NCBI RefSeq assembly: GCF_009914755.1
Contig: NC_060929.1
DNA length: 64,000 nucleotides
Reading direction: 5' to 3' (one strand)
Origin: the human T2T-CHM13v2.0 reference genome, Homo sapiens
The notes under the pieces were generated by a model. That model saw only the letters and a list, made by a program, of their open reading frames with translations. It ran no database searches and was not told the DNA's origin. The position numbers were made by a program, and so were the translations under genes. This document shows positions 1 through 13,272 of this stretch, piece by piece (position 1 is the stretch's first letter; each line of letters starts with the position of its first letter).

Positions 1-908
1 AGTCCTTAAGTAAGAAAAATATATTGACTTTCATTCACACATGCTGTTACTTGCAGCTAAAATAGTTTAACTGATGCAGGCATCACTAAGAACAGTGCCT
101 CCAGTTCACATCCATAGTCCTTTGCAGCCATGTTTATACATGTGACTTGTCTCCAGGCCATAAGTGATCCATGGACATATGACCCAAGTTTAGACTGATT
201 CTTTTACCTAGGAATTCAGAAGTGGAAATAACTGATGCCAGGATTCAATATAAAGCTGGAGCTGAGGAAAATAAGCAGCGAAAGTCAGTCTGCTTCAAGA
301 AAAAAACTGAGACAGATCAGCAAAAAGAAACAAGAGTGAGAGACAATAAAGCCCATGAGAGATGAAGAATGCAAACCAGGCCTTGAAAAGATTCCTATTT
401 TCTGGTCCCAGGCCCTCTCGATTTCTGGTTATAATTCTAGCCTTCATAGTTTGAGAGTAGGTTTCTGTCTGATCAAGGCTAGCCTCTAGAATTAAACGTA
501 GTCTTCATAAAAATCTGAACACAAAAGGAATACACCCCCAAAACAATACATTAAAATATTTTTATCATGTCACAACAGACTCAGATTCAGCTAACTCTTA
601 TTAGTCTCTTATTCAATTATGCCAAGCAAAATGCTAAGCAATTTTTATATTGTATATTCATGGCCTTATTTGTTAAATGTTTATAACAGTCACTTGAGAT
701 ATAAAATATCATTCTATTTCAGATGTGGAAAGTGAAGTAAAGGGACACATAAGCAGTTAAAGGACATAGATGTCTAATTGGGAACTAAAGATTCTAAATA
801 CTCTTTCTCACTACAGTCCCACGATGCCCTGAGTATCAGATGTCCAATAAATACCTACTGAAAAATTAGTTCAACTGTTCCATTTCAATTCATAATTCTA
901 GGTCTTTA

Positions 909-1046
<138 letters not shown>

Positions 1047-1293
1047 CTATTTGTCACCAAAACTGAAGAAACAAAAATCAAACTTGAAGATTTTTAAAAT
1101 CATTTAGGACCACAAGACATGTTATTTTGACAATACATAACTAATCTTGGCACTATTTCCTTAAAAAAATTGATTCATCATCACCAAAGAATAAGTTCAC
1201 AGTAATAATTCCTAGACTTCAATATTCTAATGAGGAAATGCTACAAACTCTAGTGGCAGTATATATCAGCCCATCATTACTAATGCATCCTCA

Positions 1294-1512
<219 letters not shown>

Positions 1513-1836
1513 CTAATTTCCCAGTAGGCAGAAAAACAAAAGGCAAAGAAAAATGAAAAAATTAGAGGAAAATCAGAATGTACAGACAAGGTATCTAATT
1601 ATTAGCCAAAAGCATGGGTGAACAAATACATATTATTTAGCTAAAGAAATGTATTGCTTGACTGGCAGATATATGCTATCAGCATGTAAGTACCACATAG
1701 CAAAAGCAATTATTCATAAAGGCATTTATAGAACTGAAAAGACTGTATTTTAGGGTTGTAAAGAGAAAGAAATAAGAGCAATTCTAAATTGGTATTTATG
1801 CCAAATTTCTTTTAGCCCCAACATTTTTTAATCCTA

Positions 1837-3345
<1,509 letters not shown>

Positions 3346-3869
3346 AAAAATCTTACTAGTTATTAATCATTCCTACCTCAATTTTTCCAGGACATCATGA
3401 AATTTAAGCCATCAGATTGGCTTTATGTCAGATCAACTTTTGAATACCAGTGTTACTCAATTCAATTCCTTCCAGATGTAGAGCTCTTTGGCAATTAAAG
3501 CCAAGATACTATTGGTGTCTCTACAAAGAACAGACACTAGTTTCCAGGATAACCAAGGATTATCAGAGTAGAAATCAATACATCTCACACATATGTACAC
3601 ACACGCTGTAGGTATGTACTGATATGTACTAAGTGCAGAATTAGACCCAACCCATGCTATCAAAATGTTTCTAATGTATTAGAAAAGAAAGGCATATTAA
3701 AACTAAGGCAGACTGGATGCAGCACTATAACAGGTGCTGCATTCAGTCCAACACACAAAATGCTGAAACATCCCTGCCAGACCATCCAACACACAAAATG
3801 CTGAAAAAAAACAGAACTCCATTAGAATCAGACAACGTAATTCATGAACAAAGTACCTGAAATAAGCCT

Positions 3870-4215
3870 AGAGTAGTGGTCACAAACTGGGAATTTAAGT
3901 GCCAAATCCAGCCTACAGATGTTTTTATTTGGCCTGCACAGTATTTAACCTTTGCAAAAACTAGATGCCAACATTTAAAAATCAGACTTCATATAAAAAT
4001 ATAGGCTTCCAACTTCTAACTTGTAAAATTAAAAGATCTAGCAACACCGGGCCCACATTCAACTCTGTAATAACTAGCTTGTGCTAAATAGCCGCTGGGC
4101 CCTTTTAGCTAGGGCAGTTGCTCTCCAGCTCCCTACAATCCCCCACGCAAATCCACTTCACTCAAATTATGCTACCTGATTAACCTCTGTAGGCATCTGA
4201 GTTGGCAACACCTGC
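3870..4215 (-). mobile_element. hAT-Charlie non-autonomous element (MER102-like)
   Basis: Resembles recalled MER102 consensus (gccaaatccagcctacagatg...gcatctgagttggcaacacctg). Confidence 0.6.
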
Positions 4216-4857
4216 CTTAAAAGAAGCTTATGATTTTGACAGATGATGATGCCAATGACAGGATTCAAGGATATGGAAATAACATGAGGGTACAGCCAAA
4301 GGCCTGAGGTCTGACAGTATGGAACATGGACAGTTACAGTAGGGAGTAGTTACCATGGCAGAGAGAAGAACAATGGGAAGGCATGAAGCTAGAAAGGTAG
4401 ATTAAGACAACACTATGGAGTTCAGAATATATGGGCATATAATATAAACACATTACACATTTCCAAAACACATAGAGAAAAAATCCAGATACAACTACTC
4501 ACTGACATACAAACCAACTTAGAAGTAGCCATTCATTCACTCGCAAACATTTTTTGAGTACCTACTACGTACCAAGTAGTACCACAGTACCTGTGGAGAT
4601 AGAGAACTAATGTAAGCCATTCACTCCAAGGGCCTATCTAATAGGAAAGACGAGACAGTTTTTGCACAAAGTTCAATTAATGTTTTGTGTATATGAATAA
4701 ATGTTTCCTATCTTTTCCTTATGCTCTCTCCAGGTTGCAACGCATCATTATCATCATCATAAATATATACAGTATACTATATGTAGAATATATAATATAC
4801 ATATTACATAAATTCATATAATTCCATGAAAGACTGGAAGGACATACTCCAAAATAT

Positions 4858-4987
4858 ATTTTTAAAGACAGGGTCTCGCTATGTTGGCCAGGTTGGTCTT
4901 GAACCCTAGGCCTGGCCTCAAGCAATCTTCCCCTGCCTCAGCCTCCCAAAGTGCTAAAATTACAGGCGTGAGCCACCATGCCCTGCC
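4858..4987 (-). mobile_element. Alu monomer (FLAM-like)
   Basis: Single antisense Alu left arm ending cctcccaaagtgct...gagccaccatgccctgcc. Confidence 0.85.
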
Positions 4988-5436
4988 AAAACAGTCCCTT
5001 TACTAAAATATTAAACACTGGTTATCTCTATTCTTTCATTTGTGCCAGATATTTGAGCTAAGCCAGAAGAGAATTTTTTATGGTGATGGTTGTTTATATT
5101 ATCATTACTATCGTTATTAGAATGACTGTACCATCTCTTTCCTCAACTCATTCATAATCTAGGAGAAAGGTTAAAAAAAAAAAAGGAATAAACACCAAGT
5201 ACGTGGAACTGCACTATTTAGTGTTTTTGTAAGTCTTCCAGGCATTGTGTAGTAAGCGTGTAGAAATAATTGTAGTTTCTCCTCCAGTTATTTTCTCAGT
5301 TGGAGGAGAAAGATTCCAATAACTGTAAATAAATACGGCTGAGCCATATTTTTAAGAAATAAAAACGCATACGCTTACACACACACATATATATTACGTA
5401 TATATACACTCCACCCGCCCCATTTACCAAAATGAA

Positions 5437-5655
5437 GAGCAGTACAGCTTAGTAGCTAAGAGCACGGGCTCTGGAGTTTACTTTCTTCCTGTCCTGCAGC
5501 GATTGTGGGGAAGTCAGGTCACCTGTCTGCCTCTCCGTTTCCTCATCTGTCAAATGGAGTTCTGGGTCCCTATAAAGATTCAGTGACGCGATATGTGAGG
5601 GGCTTGGAACAGTGACCGGCACGTAACCGCCCACAGGTTAACAGCTGCTATCACT
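5437..5655 (+). mobile_element. MIR at left edge of CpG island
   Basis: agagcacgggctctggag ... tttcctcatctgtcaaatgg ... ttggaacagtgaccggcacgta matches the MIR layout. Confidence 0.7.
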
Positions 5656-5991
5656 TGGTGGGGTGATGGTTTGTATCCTATCGTTATTAATACGGCTGTC
5701 TCTAGATGAGCAAACATGCGCTCTCACTTCTTCCCACATTCAAGAATGGGGTCCCAAACGAGAGATTCGACGTAAACGTCCGCTCCCAACTAAGTTCTCA
5801 GGCGCTGACAACGACAAGAATTCCTCACACAAACGTAGCGCTTCAATCACTAAACCGCTTTCACAGCCCTCGACCCTGCCGCGAGATGTCCGCCGCCCAC
5901 CGTCAGGTCACCGCCTCCCTAACGACTTCGGCTGCCCGGGCCCTGCCCCTGAACCTCGCACCCCTCCTGCCTCGTTCAGGAAGCTCCGCAC

Positions 5992-6050
5992 CTATCCGGC
6001 CGCCACCCTCAGCACAGCCACGGCAGCCGACTCGGCGTTCCTACTGCCCC
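5992..6050 (-). other. FAM114A2: Probable FAM114A2 non-coding exon 1 (5'UTR); TSS approximate
   Basis: Inside the CpG island, next to an ETS motif. Donor GATAG|gtgcgg at 5992/5991. Confidence 0.6.
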
Positions 6051-6104
6051 GGAAGTGCTCCTTCAGCGCAGAGGCGTGCCGGTGTGTCCGAGAAAACTTC
6101 CGAG

Positions 6105-6201
6105 TTAAGCCGCCGCTGAGGCCGGAAGGAGCTAGACGGCGGTCGGGTAGGTGACGGCTTGGTTGGGGTCGCTGCGAGGGGACTACTAGGAGCGCCGAGG
6201 C
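6105..6201 (+). other. MFAP3: Probable MFAP3 non-coding exon 1; TSS approximate; donor at 6201 (alternative at 6150)
   Basis: Donors GAGGC|gtgagt (6201/6202) and GGTAG|gtgacg (6150/6151). No ATG in the segment. Confidence 0.6.
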
Positions 6202-6287
6202 GTGAGTCGTAGCCTGTGGCTTGGGGTCGGGAGTGCAGGAGGCGAAAATGTTTGCCATTCTTTTGAAAGTCTGGCCTGGGTGTGGGA

Positions 6288-6795
6288 GTTCGGTCATCGA
6301 ACACTTACTGAGAGCCAGATACCTGCCAGGCACTGCCCTGGGCTCCAGGGACACATCAGTCAACGAACGGAAGGGCCCTGCTCTCAAGCAGTGCGAAAAG
6401 CAGATTATAAACAAGTCAACAAACGGGATTATCTAAGGTGGTAGTAAGTGCTGTAAAGAAATTTAGACTGGATAATGTGATGGAACGAAGTGGGAGAGTA
6501 ATAAGCCGTATGAAAATCTGGAATAGAGCATTCCAGGCAGAGAGAATAGCGCGTGCAAAGGCCATATAGTGGGAACAAACTTAGCAAAGTCAAGGAAAAG
6601 ACAAAGGCCACTGGCTAGAGCAAAAGGAGCAAGGTGAGAATGGAGAGAGATGAGGCCAGGGACTTGAGCCCAAATCTTGTAAGGCTTATGAGCAAGGATA
6701 AAGAGTTTGATTTTTGTTTGGAATCCAGTGGAAAACCATTGAAGGTTTCTAAGCAGATGAATGACATGATCTGATTTATGACTCTAAGATTACTC
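6288..6795 (-). mobile_element. L2 3' end at right edge of CpG island
   Basis: cacttactgagagccagatacctgccaggcactg...gcaaaggcc...gacatgatctgatttatg follows the antisense L2 3' consensus. Confidence 0.7.
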
Positions 6796-7061
6796 CTGGG
6801 ACCTCATCAGAAAGATGCAACTCTTCTGTTGCCCTCGAGCAGTGAAAATGCATGAAATCCAGACTGACAGAGCTAGTAAAATATTAAAATCAATCTTATT
6901 GTACAGATAAGAAAAACTGAATCCCAGAGAGGTGAAGGGACTTAGCCTTTAAGAACTCATGTTTTCCAACTCCATTTAATGCCCTCGGAATTATCATCTT
7001 AATTCCCAGATAAGAGTAATTGTCACTTCTAAAACTCTTCAGATATTTTCCTTTGCTTTTG

Positions 7062-7935
7062 ACAGTGGTTCTCTAAATTTAGGTTCATCAATATCACCTG
7101 GAAGCTTGTTAAAATTCCAAAAAACAACAACAAAAAAACCCCTGCTTAAATATAAAATGGATCATTTCCTCTGATTTTCTGTTGTAATGGAAAATGCATA
7201 GAATTTGGGGCTAAAGTATGGAATCTTGGGAAGCCACTTATTTTTTAAATGCTGCTGATAATTATAGCAGCAGTTCTCAAACTTTTTGATCTTAGAATTT
7301 CTTTATACTTTTAAAATGTATTGAGAACTTCAAAGGGTTTTTGTTTATAATAGCTATCAATATTTACTATTTTAGAAAACAACTTTCAACAAAGGTTATT
7401 CATTTTAAAATAAACTCATTATATGTTAACATAGATAGCATTTCTGTAAAGGATATTTTCCAAAATGAAAAATTATTGAGAATGGCATTGTTTTACATTG
7501 TTACAAATCTCTTTAATGTCTGGCTGAATAAAAGACAGCTAGATTTTCGTAACTTCTACCTTCATTCTCTTACAATATCAATCATCATGTAACTTTTAGA
7601 AAATTGTGCCATATTGTGTGAGAATGTGAGTGAAAAAGGGATATGTCCTAATATTATGTAAATTGTTTTGAAACAGTGTCAGGGACACCCAGGAGTTCCT
7701 GCACCACACTTTTGAGAATTACACTGAATTACGGTGATTGTCATGCCAGTAAAAGAAATATGAGTTTGATTTGTAAATCAATAAACCTATATGCACATTA
7801 AAAATGCAGATGCCCAGGCATCCCCTAGAGATCCCAATTCAATAAGTCTGTGGGGTCAAGAAATCTGCATCTTTAACAAGCACCACAAATTAATTTGATA
7901 TAAATGGTCTGAAAATTACAGAGTGAGAAAACCAG
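7062..7935. mobile_element. hAT-Charlie cluster: MER5-like halves (7062-7117, ~7795-7935) flanking another Charlie-type element (~7267-7725)
   Basis: cagtggttctc / cagttctcaaact termini, tttgagaa end, and MER5 core aatctgcatctttaacaagc. Confidence 0.55.
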
Positions 7936-10402
7936 TCAAATGATTCTCTAGAGTGTTCTGCCTACTAAAACTCAAGATAGGTGTCTTTCTTATCTTCACC
8001 TCTCTCCATCAATAGTTTCCAGAGCCTGAAGCTCTGGAAAGTTAATAAGTTTGTAGCAGACACCTTTCACACTACCAAGTCGATGAGTGTCTGAACTCAA
8101 AATTTTGAGCACTTGCCACAGGCAGTGGCCCTGTGCTAAGGACAGAAGGTTTTTAGACTCTATCATTCATAAGCTTACAGTCTTTTGAACGGATAACTAA
8201 CTGCTAAGAGGAAAACTGATAAGTCTTATAATGGCGTACTCTTAATGTGCTAGGGGACTGACAGAGCAAAAAAAAAAAAAACTCATCTGACAAGAGGGTG
8301 GGCATGAGAGGGTTTCCTGAATAAGATGAAATTAGAGTTGAATATTATAGAGAGGGTACAGTTTCCCCCAGAAAGATATTGACGGGAAGGGGCAGAAAGA
8401 TTTTTAAGCAAAAGGAACAACTAGTAAGGTGAAAAGTTATTTAGAGAGAATAAAGTAAAACAAGCGTAGTTTAGGCTTTCAGCCATGGCAGGAAAGCTGG
8501 GTAGATTATAGGATTTAAGCAAAGAAACGAATGATAATGATAATCAGCCTCTAGGTGAGGAAACTAAAACCACTGGAGCACATCATAGCTAATTTGTGAT
8601 AGAGGTAAAACTAAAGACCAGACTTAATGTTTAAATCCATTCATTCCTCCTGCAAGCAATTATCGTACATAGAGGCACCTCTGGGCTTCTCATGACTTTC
8701 TGTTCTGCTGCCTGAATCTATTCTTGGAGAATTACAATGCCAAATTGGAATTTTAAGCTTATCTCATGGGCAGTGAGAAATCACCAGTAGATTGTAAAAT
8801 TACCCTGAATTGCTCAGATTTGTGTTTAGGACCAATTCTGAGTGTCACAGTGTTTGGATACATCATAGAGGTAAAAGGAGTTAAGGAGATCCATTCTGAA
8901 ATTAAGGGGATAGTGTGGTATACCCAGGTGAGATAAAAGGATATGAGTTAGGACAGAGACAACAGGACTTAATTGAAAAATGTGTAGGAGGTGGAATAAT
9001 AACAATAGCATATATTTATAATTTACCCACATTAGTTCATCTTATCCTCAAAACTACCCTATGATGCAGTTACTGTTAATATTATTTTATTTAATAAATG
9101 TGAAAACTAAGGCCTTGCAAGCCTATGGCTTCACCCAGGGGTAGGATCAGGCACCTTAACTCTAGAGCCCATTCTCCTAACCACTGAGCCATGATTGTCT
9201 TACAATTTTGATACTGCAAAACTGGAAGAATTGTCTGGCTATTATCTAAGCTGTTCATAAGCTGAACAAGTAGATCTGAGGGTAAGAGGAGTTCTGTTTT
9301 AACTAGACTGAGTTTCAAATAGAGATGTTTCAGACTATAGAGGGGGAAAAATGGCCTGGGAAGATCATAAATCTAAGCCTGTTTCATTGATGTTTTTGTC
9401 ATTTGCATCCAGTAGCTATTCAGCAAATATACCTATGGCAAAAAGGATATAAGTTATGGGTATAACTGAAATAATCCTGGGTTTAAAGCAAAGCTCTGAT
9501 AAATACAGACGATGTTTCTCCAGGTGCCAGAAGATATGTTGAAGTTTGAGCTCAGACTGACCAAATGCTAGTTATGGGGTATGTGATAGCTCCAAGGTAG
9601 TAATATAAAGGCTATTTTAATTAGAAACTTTTGAGTAAATGGCCCTCAGGATAGTGATTTCTGTTTGAATGTCACTAACCTTTTTTAGTTACAGATCCCT
9701 ATAATAATGCTTGAGTCTAGGCAGAACAACTTTGTGTTTATTCTTTGCAAAGGGTAGGGTAGTGCTAACAACCTGCTCTTCATTTGCTTTTTCTCCCCTT
9801 TGCCGATTCAGAATGCTGCTTTGTCAATTTGTGTGCCTGCTGTAGGAACTGGTCCGTTTTCCAAGTGTGACAGTGCAGGCAGAGAAGGGTGGATGAGCTG
9901 TAAATGCAGCCTAGAACACATTTGATTATAGAGAATGAAGCACTAATATCCCAATATAATTGGAGTTTAAAAAAAAAAAATACCACCTGGGCATCAATGT
10001 GTTTCCCTGCTTTGCATTTTCCCAGAACTATTTCTGCAAACATCAGTTTCCTCAGCCAACTTAATATTGAGTCACCAGAACGGAAATCAGCCATATTACT
10101 TCCTTATTTGTGTTGAAAATTGGAACAGAATGGAAATATTTCTTCCCTCAGAAGTTGGCAGGAACGGCAACAAGACAATCTGTTAGGGGTGACAGCTATA
10201 GGCTCTTCTCTTTTTTAAAAATAATATAGTCAATATTCAACATGGTTTTCTGGGGTAAAATCATCCACATTTCTGATTCTTTATGATCCTAGCAAAGCTT
10301 ACATTCTGTATACCTGAAAGATGAAAAAGGAGTTGGATTAAACTTGAGTCTTACACTTATCTATTACATTTTTATTTATTAATGCTGAAGAAAGGTAATA
10401 TA

Positions 10403-10726
<324 letters not shown>

Positions 10727-11384
10727 TTATCAAGTAACTTCATCCACAAACATAGTATAGCCCTTTTTAACTGATAAGAAGAAGGTGACACTTTGGTTTT
10801 CCTTTTTGAAATCTGTTCTTGGGTTTCAAATGTCAGCTGCTACATTAAAAACAGCAGGCATAATATATATATATATATTTTTTTTTCCAAATACAAATGC
10901 ACGTACTCTTGTGTCTCCCATGGCATCTAATATACCTGCCTTAATGACCTCAGCCCACTTAACTGATTTGGTGAACAATTCTGCATCTGAGGCTGTATAT
11001 GTGAGGAAAAATTAAAGGATTGGAAATGAAAGTAAAATAACTATAGTATAAAGGATCATATGTTCAAAGCATGCAGGCCTAATATTATAGGAAGTCCCAA
11101 ACATATAAGTGAATTGCATTCCTAGAACTGACACATTTGTCTTTTCTCTGTTGCATTCACAATATAATTACATTTCAGTCACATTGTCTTAGATACAGTT
11201 GGCTGTTTCTGGGCTGTCTTTCAAGCTGGTTTGTAAATTCCTGAGGGTCTAGGACAGTGTCCTAATTCTCCTTAGCAACTCTTGCACCACCTACTGTACT
11301 TCATCTTCCACGATGGATCCTTGACCTAGCTGAGCTGTAGTTTTAAAGTCATTAGTCTAGAATGAGCAGAATGGTCATAGTCAA

Positions 11385-12450
11385 TGCAGTTTGTGCTGCA
11401 AGTAGCAGAAACCCATTCAAGCTGACTTAGCAAAAAGGAGACTTAGTGTGAGGAAATAATAGTACCCTGATACCAAGGATGATTTGTTCTTCCCTCACTA
11501 TTTTTTTCTGCTTTGTCACCTTCTTGGACACGTATCTTTGCCAGTGTTTTCTCTCACAGCTGCTGAACAGCCTGTTACCTGCAAATGGGTTATATCCGTT
11601 AGTCTTTCAAATCAGAAGTCCTCTGTGTTCAGGATGTACATGGTATGAGTGAAGTGCCCAGTATTAACTGGATGTGTAAGGCTATTGTGCAGCCTCTTTC
11701 TCTTGTGGCTCAAAATCAGTGTGCCAGGTTTCTTCTGCCATGTTTGGCCTAAGAGCAGTTTAAGGGAGTTTATAGTGTTTTCCTAAATCCTGTCTGGTAG
11801 GTAGAGGCAAATGGCTATGTCTGTACAACACAAGAACCACAAATCTTGGCCACATGGGCAGTTTGCTTGCCACACTCCACTGTGTAAGGAAGAGACTAGA
11901 GATCTATGATGAAGATTGCCTGGCAGCCACAGACACAGTTCAATAACTTTTTGTGAACTTAATCTTTTTTCTCCTGCCTAACCATTTCCGCATTTATTAC
12001 GTGTTTGCACATTCATCTTCACTTTTGTGGTTTTAATTTTGAGTAAAATTTAATAAAGTTGTTTCTTTTTTTAAAAAAAAAAAAGGGTCACAGGAGTGCC
12101 AGGAAGTAGAATTCTATCAGGCACCAAAGCACCATGTATGAGTCTCTCTTTGTCTTTCTCCTGCTCCTCTTCCTGTCTTCCCACTCTCTCCCTTCCCCAT
12201 CCCTCTTGTCCTTTCTTACAGCTTCTCCTTGTATGTGGCCCAAACCTGACTGCCTCAGCCCCCACATGCCTCCTTTTCCTCAAATGACCCTGACCCACAA
12301 GGGTCTCAATTCCAAGTTCCAAGAACAAAGATTCTATTAGCTTACTTTGCCAATAGGTTGTCTTCCTCCTAGACCCAAGAAGATAGGGATAGGGCTCAAA
12401 GAGGGGAGCCGTTGGGTAAGTAGATCACGACAAATCTTCTCTACCACAAA
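11385..12450 (-). mobile_element. MaLR LTR (MLT1K/J-like) split by a ~600-bp poly(A)-tailed insert
   Basis: tgcaagtagcagaaacccattcaagctgacttagcaaaaagg start; MLT1-like text resumes after the A12 at 12085. Confidence 0.55.
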
Positions 12451-13119
12451 CTGAGGACACATACAATGTCATATCATGGTTGGGATCCAAGCTCAGTTTA
12501 CAATGCCTATATGCTCCATAATATTGCAAAATATTTGCAATGAGAAAAAGAAAAATGTGAAATTTTAAATTTAAGATTAAAACTGCATAATGGTGTCCCC
12601 TTCCCCCCAACCCCCAAGATTTTTAAATGGTTGCATGGTATTCTGAGTGTTTTATAATGATGTAACTATCAAATGTAAATTTTAGTTCAATATCTGAAAG
12701 AACCATGAACAATAATAATAGAGCTTATTCAGTGATTACCATTGCCAGACTCTGTGTTTTATGTATACTACCTCATTCAGACTTTGCAATAATCCTGTGA
12801 GAATAGATTCTGTTATTTTGCCCATTTTAAAGATGAGGGGCTGAGGCAGGGAGATTAAGTCATTTATAAAAGTTGCAAGGCTGGTTAGAGTCACAGATCG
12901 TATTTGAATCCTATACTCTGAACCTCTCTGCTACCCTGCTCTTATTAGAGACCTTCAATTTTGCTGATCTAGAGTAATCTAAATCTAGAATGGAATGTGA
13001 GTGATTATATCTCTCATTGGAAATATTCAAATAGCCTGAAGCACCATTCTGCAGGTCAGTTGCAGAGGAAATTGAGGAACTGTATTAGTGGCCCTTAGAT
13101 GCAGTACATGAATCCAATG

Positions 13120-13272
13120 CCTCAGAAACACCCAGGGAGCCAATTAAAAGTCATAAATTCCAAGGCGCAAACACAGAGTTTCTTACTCGTTCTGGGTTGG
13201 GACCTGGGAATCCATATTTTTAAAAAGCTCTCCTGACAGTTGTGATATTCAACCTGGTTTGGAAACTGCACT
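13120..13272. mobile_element. MER5A-like DNA transposon fragment
   Basis: ctgggttgggacctgggaatccatatttttaaaaagctc...ggtttggaaactgcact. Confidence 0.6.

Larger units (their letters stand above)
5700..6310. promoter_or_regulatory. CpG island / bidirectional TATA-less promoter for FAM114A2 and MFAP3
   Basis: Sharp rise in GC and CpG. ETS/GABP cores CCGGAAGTG 6049-6057, ACTTCCG 6096-6102 and CCGGAAGG 6122-6129. Divergent splice donors on each side. Confidence 0.9.

Noticed and set aside
5663-6444. Overlapping ORFs of 71-163 aa on both strands at the promoter
   Set aside because: Expected in GC-rich CpG islands; Pro/Arg/Ser-rich with no recognisable domain; they run across splice donors and repeats.
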